From the NCBI GenBank assembly GCA_030704615.1, contig CM060732.1, forward strand, positions 6,076,001-6,140,000: DNA of 64,000 bases, in the 5' to 3' direction. Below the pieces are notes generated by a model that saw only the letters and a list, made by a program, of their open reading frames with translations, had not been told where the DNA came from and did no database searches. Both the position numbers and the translations under genes were made by a program. Of this stretch, positions 10,107 through 23,200 are shown piece after piece. The stretch comes from Takakia lepidozioides (taxonomy: Eukaryota > Plantae > Bryophyta). Positions within the stretch are counted from its first letter, which is position 1; each line of letters opens with the position of its first letter.

Positions 10107-10914
10107 GGGAACAACTTTGAGATGTTTGTTACTACTGCACAATCGTAACGGATAAATTCACATTTCTAATGGCGGATAGAAGTTGCATCAATGACTCCGC
10201 AGTCGGCACAATATTCGCGGCGATTTAATTCAATTACGTAATTTAAAAAAAAAAAAAAAAACAGCAATTACAAGTGGTTTTAAGCACTAGAGAACGACTC
10301 TTAACAACTAGGCATTCATTGCACACCCTATTCAAAAATGGAATTTTTATAAGTGCTCCACATGGCTCATGACGTGGAATATTTTAATGTATTTTAGGGC
10401 TTGTGTGGCTCGTAGAGATTGTTCTAATCGTTGGATGTAAAATGATCTAAGGGTGGAAGAGTAACTTTGTCCTTTGCCTGAATTTGTCTAAGTGCTGGGA
10501 GAGGGATGGAGGCTTGAGAGAGAGACGAACAAGTGATGTGAGAAGGACGAAGACCAAATCGAGGCCCATGTCCTGTTGTTGCAAGCGTTTATGGCGTCCA
10601 GGGGGCATTATGTGCAAATGTGGGCTCTTGGCTCCCCTTTGTACCATGATTTGGTATTCTTCCTGATGATCACAAGGTTCTTGGGGGAATCAGCTTGGTC
10701 TTAGCAACCCATATTTTAATCTCTGCCCGCTCATCTGCACCGTGGTGGTTCTTACGAACCAATCCCACATTACCTGACTAGAGATACAAGCAGCACGCAC
10801 AGAGGTCTTCTTGGGTTCATGGTCAGTCTAATCCACAATGGGTCATGACACAAGGTAGAGGACAATGTGGTGAGGGCACCTTCTTCTTCGAGCTATTTCG
10901 GGGCTATTTCAGCC

Positions 10915-11735
10915 TGTTTTGCCGAGATGTAGTGTCGTGGAGTGTGATGCTTGCAGGGTATGCACAGCAGGGACGTGGGATGGAGGCTTTGGAGACCTAT
11001 GAAGTTGCGAAGGGAGAGTTTGATAACATGGCTGAACAAGATGTTGTCTCATGGAACACGCTGAATCTCGCAAGATATGGCTAGCATGTGTGCGGGATGA
11101 GGGCATTGGAGACATATGAGCAAATGTTGAGAAGAGGTGCAGCCTGACCGGGTCACGTTCATTTGTGTTTGCAATGCATGTGCAAACCTGGCAGCCCTGG
11201 AGACTTGGTAAAGGGCAAAGAGGTCCATCGTGACATTGTCAAAGCTGGAATTGTACCAAATGTAACAATACCTCGTCGACATGTATGCCAAACGTGGAAG
11301 CATTCCCTTGTGGAAAAGGAGTGTTTAACAATATGGCTGAGCGAAATGTGGTGTGGTGGAACGTGATGATCGCAGGACATGCACAACATGGGCGGGGATT
11401 GCGAGTTTTGGAGACCTATGAGCAAATGATGTGGGTCTAGGGGGTGAAGCCCGAGCACATTACATTTGTTTGTGTTTGTAGTGCATGTGCGAGCCTGTTG
11501 GAGAAGGGCAAAGAGGTCCATGGTTGCATTGTCAAAGCTGGAATTGTGGTAGATGTCATTCTGAACATGAATACCCTTCTAGATAGGGAGTGTTCAACAA
11601 TATGGCTGAGCGAAATGTGGTGTCGTGGAAAGTGATGATCGCAGGACATGCACAACAGGGGTGGGGATTGCAGGTTTTGGAGACCTATGAGCAGTTGATG
11701 TGGGAGGGGGTGAAGTCCGACCACATTACGTTCAG
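10915..11735 (+). pseudogene. Degenerate PLS-class PPR fragments
   Basis: DVVSWSVMLAGYAQQGRGMEALETYE and KPEHITFVCVCSACASLLEKGKEVHGCIVKAG, with many indels and stops. Same family as 33050-36986. Confidence 0.85.
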
Positions 11736-11779
11736 AGAGTTCAAATGCCTCTCCACCATTACCTTGCTTAGCTAACCAT

Positions 11780-14400
11780 GCCTTGCTGATGTTGTTGTCT
11801 TGCACTTGAGCTGTTTTTGGACACTGGCTGGAACATCCACAAGGCGGCTCTGCTCGAGAGAGAAATCAGCTTGAATGCAGGGGCAGATTTTGAGATCACA
11901 ATTGCCACTCAGAACGTTGTTCTTTGCACCGGCATGGCATGTCAGCATGCATATCAGCCCAAACTCGTTACTCCGTGAGCCTTCCACTGCCGGAGTGTGC
12001 CCATTCAAGCCAGATCTTCAAAACGCAGGGATGGAACGGGGTTTTGAAACCAGCATTGCCTAACTGGATACCCAATTCAGCTCCGCATCTTGGTCCATTA
12101 ATCTGATGCACATTGTGAAGTTTTCTGCCCGTTCACCGCAAGTTGAAGAAGGAGTATTCTTAAAACACGGGTACTCATAATCTGAAAATGGCTCCAGCTT
12201 ATGTTGCTTGAGTGCGAATATGAGTGTGGTTGGCTTGGCAGCTTTACATCTGGTCCATCCCACTCGATATGATGAGCAGGTTCAGCTTGACTTCTCTCAC
12301 ACAAAAGACGCTGCCAAGATGGGGTTTGCTGCCCTAGATGACTTCCCGTCGTTGTTCTGGGCTGCAACATACAATTAATCTGGCCCATGGCGAGGGGCCT
12401 TGCCTTCCACCAATCATTTGTAAGTCCTGTGAAACTGTTTTTGTGGCAGTTTGTAAGCAGTGGGCAGCGATGGTGGGCTGTTGTAGGATTTGATGAACTC
12501 AATGCCGTGTACTGACAATAACCCCTCATCTCTTATGCAAGCATTCAACAAGCCAAGTTGATTGCAGAGCATATTCAGCCCCCCACGTTTCTAGTTGCCT
12601 AATGTTCTTCATCTCCTAGGCAGAGCATTTTCCAGGGTCTCCATCTGTGATGACACACTATCTTCTCATGTGGTTCAGCTTCTGGTCTTGCTCTTCTTTG
12701 CACCACCCCAATGAAGGGCAGTTCCCACCTGCTTGATTCTCTCTATATGGTTGTCTTGGGTCTTGGCAGGGTTTCCCACAACCGCCTTTCCTTTTCAGAC
12801 TGCCAATCATCAGCCTCGTTCTCCAATGCTTCACTTTCTTCCCAAGTGAAGTGCTCTCCTCTTTTATGCTTTAACGTCCCTGCAGGTGTCTTTTCCTTCA
12901 TCTCCCGTGGTGCTTTCGAATGAATGAGCACTGATTTACATCTGTTGGCAACACTTACGGTGTCCCTTTCCTTGCATGCCACTGCAGGCCCGCATTGACT
13001 TTCTTGGCAGGGAAGTCTCCTCCTTCTCCCTCATTTTCTGGCTCTGTTGGTGCCCCACTCACCATGCTATCAGGGCTGCACTTATTTTGTGATGTTGCGC
13101 CAGCCAAGGGCGATCTTTCACTGGTCCGATTGTTGGCAATAGCTGATTGGAGTCTTCTTGGCAGAGTCTCCCACGAGCTCCCATCAATTTCAGGCATCAG
13201 GTTTTCTACCCTGCCCTTCCACTTTTCATAAGTGAGGTGCCTGTCTTCCTCCCTTTCACTCTTCAGCCTCTCAGGCTGATTTTTCTTCATGCGATTGCTG
13301 CTCCCATACTTCCAGTCCTTGTTTAATTTTCTCGAGCCATCACCCTCAGATTTGACAAGGTATTGCTGCCCTTCCTTGTGTCTTTCCTCACTCCCAGCTG
13401 CTGGTTTTATCCCAGATTCACCTCTCATCCTTGCCTGGGGTTTTGCTTGCCAAACAGCCCTTGTGTGGGGAACTTCAACGAAAGGCAACATCTCATTCTC
13501 AGCTCCTGTCTTTGTACCTCTTTGCAGCAGTCCAGCCTCGGGTGCCTCACTTTCTGATTGCTGGGTTGCATTCTTCGCCGCCAACCTTTGACAAGAAAGT
13601 GTGCTCCATCTTCCTCATCTCCTACTGGTTCCCTTGATGCTTCACCTCGTATGTCTTCCTCCTCATGTTTTAGCAGCAGCTCCCATGCTTGAATTGCTAC
13701 TTTTCCTCGTAGTTGATCTTGTGCTTTCCTTTTTCTCCGTAGCCTAATCAACAGTTTTGTCTTGGCAGGTCCCTTGCCATGAGTGCCTTGTCTCACTGCA
13801 TCTCCCTTGGCGGCACCATCCGTGGAGTCTTTCTTGCACTATTATGACCCTCGTTGGCATGCACTTTGCTGCGATGCCCCACATGTATTTGCTGCTCCCT
13901 TTAATCATCAACATAGTGCTCCAGAGCCAGTTCCTCATTGTTGACCAGTTGACCTTCTTAGCCCTTGGACCCCATTTTCCCTTCTCCCATGTTGCCTCGT
14001 CTTTCTGCTTCATCATTTGCTTTACTTGCACGATGTTGCTTCTTCCCTACAGCTCATCATGTGTTGTGGCTCTTTCCCATGTTGCACTCACTCCCATCAT
14101 ACGTTGTGCAGTTGATAAGACTGAGATGAGTTGATGCAGGATAGGGGGAGGGCTTGCTGGTGTATGTTGTGCGATAGGCCCCATGCACAGAGTCAAAGCT
14201 GGAAGTCAGCCTTGCAAGGACCCAAGTGATAGAAGTCTGGTGGGGGTAGCATCTTGGGGGATGGGCAGTTAGGGCAATGTGTGTCTAGGGCAATATATGT
14301 CATAGCAGCGGGTGATGTGCTGCCAATTTTGAGGATAGAGACAGCCTGTAAGCTGTAGATTTGTATAAGTGGTTTCTTCTGACACATATTGCTCCCAGTT
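11780..14400 (-). other. Insertion interrupting PPR fragments; degenerate coding-like sequence, probably TE-derived
   Basis: Overlapping hydrophilic K/E/R-rich minus-strand ORFs (12743-14031). The PPR sequence resumes at about 14410. No diagnostic domain recognised. Confidence 0.3.
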
Positions 14401-14409
14401 TGCCACAAC

Positions 14410-14560
14410 CAGTTGTTTGCGTTTGTAGTGCATATGCGAGCCTGCTGGGGAAGGGCAAAGAGGTCCATGGTTGCATCGTCAAAGCTGGAATTGTGGCAGA
14501 TGTCATTCTGAACAATACCCTTGTGGACAGGGAGTGTTCAACAATATGGCTGAGCGAAGG
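14410..14560 (+). pseudogene. PLS PPR fragment
   Basis: VCVCSAYASLLGKGKEVHGCIVKAGIVADVILNNTLVDR, near-identical to 11465-11610 including the same internal deletion. Confidence 0.8.
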
Positions 14561-14577
14561 ATAGAGTGTAATGACTG

Positions 14578-15665
14578 CCAATGAAGGCACTTTCTTCAAT
14601 TTCACCTTGTTTTCCCCTCTTATCAGAATCGCCCCTAATTATTCATGTCTGAATTCTGCAAGTTAGCTGGTTGAGTGAAGCTTTGATAGTTTGGAGTGAC
14701 TTTGACATGATTCTGCCAATGTGACAACATGAAAGTATCAGAAACAGGTAACACAGACGAGGAGAAGTTGTGGAATGAATATTTTTCTGACCCCAGTCAA
14801 TGGTGGGACAATCGAGGCAAGAAGGTGAATGTTTGTTGGATTATAGAGAGTAGCAGATGCAATTGAGCGTAGGAACTAGTGTGATAAGTTGAGTTGGGTG
14901 CTTCCTAGAACAAGTCTAGGCTGTCATCGTCAACTGCTAGCAACAAGGCAAGGTTGTATGCATGATTCGTGTGAGGCATGGATAGTTGAAGGAGCAAGGA
15001 TAGAGTGTGGGTGCAGATTCACCCAAGAGGGCCAGACTTCAAGCTCCAGATTAACTATGAAGCTACAAGAAACCTGCATGGGTAGATGGTCAACTGGCAG
15101 CAACGGCACAATTGATAAAATCAGACATTGTTAATGAAGGCATCTTCTTCAGCACATTTCACCCTGTTTTTCCCTCTTATTAGAATCAGTCCAAAATTTC
15201 CATGTTGAATTATGCAAGTTAACTGGTTGAGTGAATCTAGTTTGGAGTGACTTTGACATGATACTGCTATGTGACAACAGGAAAGTATCAAAAAACAAGT
15301 AACAGACATGAGGAGAAGCTGTGGAATGAATACTTTTCTGCCCCCAGTCAATGATGGGACAACCGAGGCAAAAAGGTGAATGCCTGCTACATTTCAGAGA
15401 GTAGCAGACGCAATTGAGCATAGGAACTAGTGTGATAAGCTGAGTTGGGTGTTTCCTAGAACAAATGTAGGTTGTCATTGTCAGCTACTAGCAGCAAGGC
15501 AAGGATGAATGCATGATTTGTGCAGGGGCATGGATAGCTAAAGAAGCAGGGATAGAGTGTGGTCCAGATTCATCCTAGAGGGCCAAATTTCAAGCACAAG
15601 ATTTACCTATGATTCCCTGTGGATCAATAACTACAAGAAACCTCCATGGGTAGATGGTCTATTCC
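14578..15665 (+). repeat. Tandem duplication of a ~550-bp unit related to the 5' region of the PPR gene family
   Basis: Units start AATGAAGGCA at about 14580 and 15133. They share GCATGGATAG..GAAGGAGCA..CAGATTCA..TTCAAGCTC.AGATTACCTATGA with 37958-38046 and 39400-39900, which precede the PPR repeats at 40 kb. Confidence 0.75.
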
Positions 15666-16499
15666 GTGGAACTTACTGAAGTCTTGCATTATGAGGATCA
15701 GAACTGCTTGACTTGCACGAGGCCTTGACCCTTAGGCAATCCCCAGAGCAGTAGTAGCTTTTGGGCTGCTTTTTTACTTTGTGTTTTTCATTTTGTCCCA
15801 TAAGCTCTTTGAGCTTTCCGCAGATGTAATAAAGTACCATTTTGTTTCATTTCATTCATTTTCATTTCATTTTGTTTCATGGCATGTCTTTCATCGTTTG
15901 TGCATTTCTAATGCATGATTAGTTCTCTTGTATGGCATTACTAGTCGACTCACTACAAACACCAAAACTCCAAAGCATGAATCACTATGAATGATTGTTC
16001 AAGTAATTTCGAGCACTTCATGTAAAGTAGTAAAGCAGTGGTTGCGCCAACTTCCGCAGTCGCAATTGCCAGTGGGCATGTAGCACTGCAAGTTATGTGG
16101 TCTACTACCACGTGGCCACGTGGCAGCAGTGGTGCTCGTCGTGGCGCCGCCACGTCGGCATCCACATCGTCGTCCACGTCCGCGTCCATGTGTCACCATG
16201 CTTCAGTGAGTCGGTCCACTCATCCGGAGGGAAAAGTCAAAGTCAGCCCAAAAAGTCAAACACACGGGCGGCCCGCCTGGTTACGCCACGTGGTTCTTCA
16301 GCATTAATCGCATTAATCGCTGAGCAGTTGTTCGCGCGTCTGCGTCCTTTACCACTCCAATCATTGGATGTCCAACCCAACTACCACGTCTGTTGTAACT
16401 AGTCTGTTGTAACTTCCAGTCGATCCCAGTTTTTTGACTTTTATGACTCAAAATGAGTTGTTACCCCAGTGGTAAATGACACGAATGCTTCTAGTGATA

Positions 16500-17059
16500 G
16501 GAGCCAAATGGTCCCCCCTCGAATCTGAAGAAGGAGAAGTGAATTGGAGGCACAAAAGAAGTCTTAGAACGGCAAAATCTAAGGCGCAGTTATCATTTGA
16601 GAATCCCAAAATGAAGCGGGGTTCCTCTTGATTACGAGAAGGATTCTAGTTCCCTACCTTCCCGTTTGGAAGATTTGATCATTTCTTTGGTCAGTCAGGC
16701 TGGGGCCAGGGTACCCTTTTCTTGATCTATGCTTCTTGCTCTCCTCCCTGCTGCTAGGGATATTGGTTACATTTTCTTTCTTGCCATAGTTGTCTGCTGC
16801 TAGTGCTACAATATGGTGTAGTTAGTTTATGGCTCCAGCTTAGGCCCTGCTGATGGAGTGGAGCTCCCCACAGAAGTTGATGCTTGGCTCTTCTGCCATG
16901 CCTTAGCTTTGTCCACTTTATCTCCCCCCTCTCTTTAGATCTGCAGGCTCATAGTGATCAGCCTTATGGCTCTCTGTAAGGTTATTTTTTCCTTACCTCC
17001 TTTTTAATAAATTTACAGGGCTACTATCCCCCTGTTCTAAAAAAGAAAAAGAAAAAAAA
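16500..17059 (+). mobile_element. 5'-truncated LINE 3' end with A-rich tail
   Basis: Ends GGTTATTTTTTCC..AATAAA..GGGCTACTATCCCCCTGTTCTAAAAAAGAAAAAGAAAAAAAA. The left boundary is approximate. Confidence 0.55.
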
Positions 17060-17266
17060 GTAGGCCAGTAGTGTAGAGCCCTTCACTTTCGAACCTTGAA
17101 TCAAATGCGCGGTCGCGGTCGCGGTCATGGTTATGCGCGGCCAAGCCAAACCGAACGAAAGCAAGAGTAGAGACTAGAGACGACGGTCGGCTGCTTCCCT
17201 GACACAGGCGATTCATTTGGACTAGTGATTTAGGTCTTGCTTGTGCAGGCTCACACTAGTTCAGGC

Positions 17267-20200
17267 ATGGCGCAGCCGAAGACAGGCAAGAGCAGGGCCG
17301 AGATGGAGGATGCGGTCTTGCGCCGAGTTCTACATGTGACCCTGAGCCCAGGAGGTGAGCAGGGAACGGGGGCTCCTGTGTACTTGGAGCAGCTAGCTGC
17401 CGAATTACTGAGCGAAGATCGTTCATCTCTTCTATCCCGTGATCTCCTCGAGAGAGTTTTAATGGAGAGATTGGGCACACTATATTCTGGATGTGAACCC
17501 CCTTTCCTTTATCTCGTTTCTTGCTATCGAAGAGCCCTCGAGGAAGGTCGCAAGGCCCAAATTATGAAAGATAAGAAGATGCTTGGAGAAATTCAGGACG
17601 CCCTGCAGCACGCCAAGGATTTGGTCGTCTCTTACGCTGTTCTTATGCTTGGACATGCGAAAGACAGCATGTTCCCGCAGCCTCCAGAGCCATCTCCGGT
17701 TCCCAATGCACAATTGCTGGCCCTCATTCTGGCTGAAGTCTCTTCTAATGTTGCATTTGATACTAGCGGTTGCAGTGGTGGTGCAACGACATTGCCACCG
17801 GGTTTCCTTGATAATCTTCTCAAGCGTTTTGAAGATGAGCCCGAGGGCTTCAGGACCACTTTTGATCAGTTGTTCAAAGATCTCCAGAAGAGCGTGATAA
17901 AAGTTTCTCCGTTGGGCCCATTTCAGGGATCTTTGAGAGCTTTAGTGATGCTGGTGTCGCATGCAAGCCTGGCAAAAGCACTGGTGTACCATCCCATGTG
18001 GAATCCGCGGGGAAATCATGTGAATGGACGAGTATTGGAAGTAGGCAGTATTTTGGGGCCGTTTTTTCACATCAGCGTTATTCCTGATCATCCTGTCTTT
18101 GGCAATGGAGAGCCGAATGTTGGGTGATGCTCTAACCCAATGGAGGTTTTGTTTGATTCATGAATTGGTCACTCATATGTCGTCAGGAGGCAATCGTAAT
18201 GGGATGGTGTTGACACCTGACACAGTTGCTAGTAGCTCCAAATGAAGAAAAAAGTCTGATCAGAACTGCGCATCTGCAGTAAGAACTGTGGTTGTGATTC
18301 AGGTGCTTGCTTTTTCTCCACATAGTAATGGACTAAAACCACACACAGAAATGATGTGATATGACTGAAACTTTCAAACTTACTACATCTCGTTGGTTTG
18401 TGGGTTTGTGTAACGCCAGACAACAGTGTTTTTCTGATGCCACATCACGGCGGCCTGCGGACTTGATGTCATCATATGCCACCATAAGGACAGTGATGCA
18501 TCAGCTTTATGATGGCTTACACGAAGTCATGATCAAGCTTCTTCGCATGGCTGAGACGAGGGATCATGTTTTGCAGTATTTAGCAGATGTGATTCAAAAA
18601 AATACTAATCGAGGGCAGATGCAGGTCCACCCTTCCTCTAAAGTGTGTTGGTTTTTTTACCTAGTGCTGTGTTGGATGGTGACCTTTCTGTTGAGTGGAT
18701 GCAAAGGGTGAGGAATAGCTTACATCAAACTGCATGGTGATGCAGGCAAACCCTTTCACTACGGCAAGCAATGGGATGTTTGTGAGTCTGAGTGCGGTCA
18801 TGTTGAAGCTTTGTGGGCCCTTCTTAGACCCATCTTTGTCAAAGAAGGACAAGATTGATCCGAGTTATGTGTTACAAAAAGGACGCATAGACTTCAGGTG
18901 TTGTCTTCTTGACCATTATGAATCTCTATGTCTGTAAAGTTTTGTGCCAAAAATAGAGAAGACATTGAAGATTTCAAGTTCCATGATTCTTACCTTTCCA
19001 TGAGAAAATTAAGATATCAGTGTTGCAGAAGTGTGACTCCTATGCCAGAGAGAAGGACGAACTATGTGGTCAGTGTTTGCAGCTCAGTGTTTGCACCCTC
19101 ACCATTACTTATTACTTGTCCTCCCCTGCGTGCAATGTGCTTGGATTATTAGGGTGTATGTTAGCATATGCACTCTTTTTTGTGAATCTATGTTGAGAGA
19201 TGAACTTGTTAGACTTCGTTGCGAGACATTTCCTGGATAGATCTTGCACCTGTTAGGATGGAGATGGGGGCAGGAGAAGGGGATGGTAGCTGAATGGATG
19301 TCATTACCTCAGGTGAAGCTTCCTGCTGTAGTTGGATATGCATTTGCAGATTTATATATATATATATATATCGAGGGAATGCTATCACTTCCCATCATAC
19401 CCTCAGACTGAGGAGGTCATTTTCTTTTTTGATTTACTCGTTGTAATCAAGCAGCCTATTTGTGTTTTGGAATTGCCCTGTAAATTCTTGTTAGGTATAT
19501 TTTTATATCAGATTCTTGGAGTAGAATGGAATGTGCTGAGCTTCAGGCTGTGCATTGTGAGTAGCATTTGCATTAGCTTCTAGCCTTTCGAGTATAAGTA
19601 ATCATATTGATGGGCTGAAGGATAGATAATGGGTTATCCCGAGATCTTTGAACTCATCCTAAAAAACACAGGGCTTGGAGGATGTTGTCAACTATCCACA
19701 CCAGTGGCTTCAGGTTGTCTTGTAAGTTGAACCACCAGTTGCTGGCTCTCCACAGCAACAACTCCTACCAGTGAAGTCTATAAGTTCTATGCATAGGGAG
19801 GTGAGCTACATCTGCAGTACCCCACCGGTTCTTCGTCATTCTGACTTATCTTTGTCCACCACCAACAAAATTGGTTCCCTAATTCCGGAACTCTGAAGAT
19901 TCAACAAGTAGTCTGAGTGGCCTTTGTCAGTAATCCTAGATTGATTGTTCCTTGGTTTTTTATTTAGCATGTATGCTGTCCTGAGAAAACGCTTTAATTG
20001 GATTTTCAAGGAGTTGGATGAACTACGGCCCATTCCTGGGCCCCCGAAACATTGCAGCTGCCTGTCATGGCAATACTTCTAGCCAATAGGACTAGGAAGC
20101 TGTGCTGTCCTCGTCTTGCATATATATAGTACCACATTGACTTTTCTTACCACAGAGCTTTTTTCGATGTACCCTGCATGTGTACAGTCCGTGTACTGGC

Positions 20201-23200
20201 TCTGTACACTGAAGTCAGTAGATGTCTGTGAGTAAAGAGCAATCCCCGTTACTGCCGATTTGCTGAAGGGGTTTTTCGTTGAGCACATCTTCCCCTATCC
20301 CTTACAGCCTCTGACATTGCTACAATCCTCCAAAAAATCACTAATTCATGACTAACATGTATGTAAATGAAGTTACTCCACAAGTCCTGGCCCATCTGGA
20401 GTTGGTTGATGGATTAGACCTCTGATGTTGAAGGCTCCAGTACAGAAACCCTTTTGTTCAGTGTGGGCAGAACAGGATATTCTGATTTTTTTCCACTGGC
20501 TTTTTTCCATCAAGACCATCTTCTACACTCCGGAAAGTTCAGTGGTGCACCATAAGAACACTTGAGAGGGGAGAGAACCATAATGCATGTGACATGATCA
20601 GCTGTGCTGTGGAGAGGTAATAGGGTGGGTGAATATGAACCTTGAAAGTCTCAACTTGGAGCTGATGAGTGAGTGATGTGGCAGTGGGTTGACAGCCATT
20701 CATGCAACATCAGAGGAGCTGGCAAACTGGGTTGATAAACATAAGTATGCTCGTATCGAAGGATTTTGCCAGGCTCAGCAGCAACGGGAGCAGGAGGAGT
20801 TGCGGCGCCTGCAGTCCCAGGAAGCGTCTACCTCCAGTACTAATGGCTTTCCATCACTTTCGCTTACACCTGCATTTTCGTCACCATCAGATCAAGCCAA
20901 CTTCTCCTTCATCTGCGAGTGTTTTTTCCTGACAGCTAGAGTACTCAACCTGGGCCTCATGAAGGCTTTATCAGATTTCAAGACATTAGTGCAAGTAAGG
21001 ATTATTGAGAAATTTCAGTTCTGTAAACCTACTTATGTGCTGTTGTGCTGCAATTTCTCTTGTTCGTAGCAAACAGTTGCTTTAATCCCTTAAACGATCA
21101 GCCATATTGTCGAACCTGCTGCATTTTGCATACATGTACACCAGGGCAGGTGGCCTGTTTTGATGTATAGGGTGGTATCCAGGTTATGCCAGTGGTTTAT
21201 GTTTTATGTGGTCTTTTTATGGACTAAATCTCTATTGGCATATTTTATGTGATGAGATGGACATTTCTGTTTCCAAGATGCGAGCATGACTCTGAAGCTT
21301 GAGAGCAGAGGCTGTAGTGTCATTTTCCTTCTTTGTACCTGGGGGAAGGAAAGGAGAGAGGTGCCTCTATTTTCCTCCTGGTATCAGATAGGTAGCCAAC
21401 TGAAAGGAAGGAAGGTTTTTTGTGTTCAGAAATACCGCATCAGGGGTTTTAAGTTTGTGCAGGATAATTTTGCTGTGGAGTTGTCAAATCTCAGGTGTCA
21501 ATTAATTCCCTGTTTTTGAGTACATTGCTGGGCTGAAAGATGTTTTAGTGTTACTAACATAAATCTAGAATCTTCCTTGGCCACTCCTGCTTAAGTTCTG
21601 AAAGGTGGCAAATGGGTTTAACGCATCTTGTATACTTATTCATCGGTTTCACCAAGTGAACCCAGTATTTTGTGCATAGTAGTCAGCTTGGTTTTGATGA
21701 ATCTGAATGTGTGACCTTGCAATAGATCAGTTTTATAGAAAAGACACTTATTTATGGAGATTCCTTGGGCAACTCCTGCCACATACTTTATTTTGCGGAA
21801 TTTTTGAGGATAGTGTTGAATCAGTGGTGTAGGTGATGGCTGCCACCTTTTTTGGAATACAGGATAGGCTTCCTGAAATGAAATCCAGAGGGCTTTCATA
21901 CCTAGTGCTTGTATTTAGCAAAGTTCGCCGCAATTTCCATGTGTCTTCCTTGTCCAGCTCTGAGAGGCTCACAGTATTTAATTGTCAGTCTTTATCTTTG
22001 GTGTATGGAAATCAGGAGCTTTCCAGGCAGAAAGAGGCTCTTGCTGCACTAAAAGCCATCCGCGGTGAGGGAGCGCCACCAGAATTGGAGCATGATGTAG
22101 CTCAGGCAGAGGCATTAGTAGAGCGGCTTTCTCAAGATCGACTTTGTTTTGATGCCCAGCTTTTGAAGGTCTTATCGCGCTCAGGGTCTTGAAGCTTCCT
22201 TTGGGATCTGATTATATGTCAGGGCTTTCGTCTGGGGGCTGCTTGTTGCCTATATTGTCTGGACCATATGCTAATAAGCTCAAGGACTGGTGATGCCACA
22301 ACGTGTCGGTCACTTGGTTGAGTCAATATAGCTGTTGGATGGGCAGTGTATCCCTGCTTTGCCTGTATTACGGCTATTCTAAAGCTTGCCTTCTGGTATA
22401 GTGCTGGCATCAGTTCTTTACATCTTGGCAGCAGCTGACCTTTCACGGCAAGAGTAATAATTCTGAGGAGCAAGTACACCTGACATTCCTAGAAAGGATA
22501 GTCAAAGGAAGATTGAGGTTATTCCAATGCCTTACGTTCTGTATGCTGGTGTTACTGGGGGATCTACCAGTCAACAGTATGAGGTTGCGCATGGCGCAAA
22601 GTTTCTTAGCAGTGGGGAAGATGTGTGCAGGATGTGGAGCTGCTGCAACAAGGGTTGAGCTTCTACAGGCTCTTAGTGGTGTGGTTATCCAGCCTTGTGG
22701 GTGGGTTCCGAATGCCCCTTCCTTCAATCTGCCCTATGGAGTTTGCTTCTATGCCTGAACATTTTGTGGAGGACTCGATGGAGCTTTTGCTTTTTGCTTC
22801 ACGGATCCCAAGGGCCCTTGATGGGGTCATCCTGGTAAGAGTCCACCCTGCTCTGCATCACATTTCCACAGGATTCTTCTGTCCATTGAGAATAGATGTA
22901 CCTCTGCTTTCTTCCTGATTTTTTCAGAATTTGCTAAGGATATCCTAGTAGAGTGCTGACAGGAGGTGCTCAATGGACTCATTTTAGCGGTGCAAATATT
23001 GTTACTAGCTTATGCTTGATTCTTTGTTGTAATAATGCATGGGATTTTGTTTTTGCAGGACGAATTTATGAGTTTTATAGTGATGTTTATGGGCAGTCCA
23101 CTGCATGTGAAGAACCCATACTTGAGGGCAAAGATGGTGGAAGTCTTGAATGCGTGGATGCCTTCTAAAAGGTGTAGCATCTGACTTTGTCTTGCATAAG

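Noticed and set aside
15951-16497. Complete non-autonomous CACTA element (CACTACAAAC...TTCTAGTG) with G-box-rich interior
   Set aside because: The TIRs match only over about 5 bp and there is no 3-bp TSD (ACT vs ATA). Probably a TE remnant, but not supportable as a defined element.
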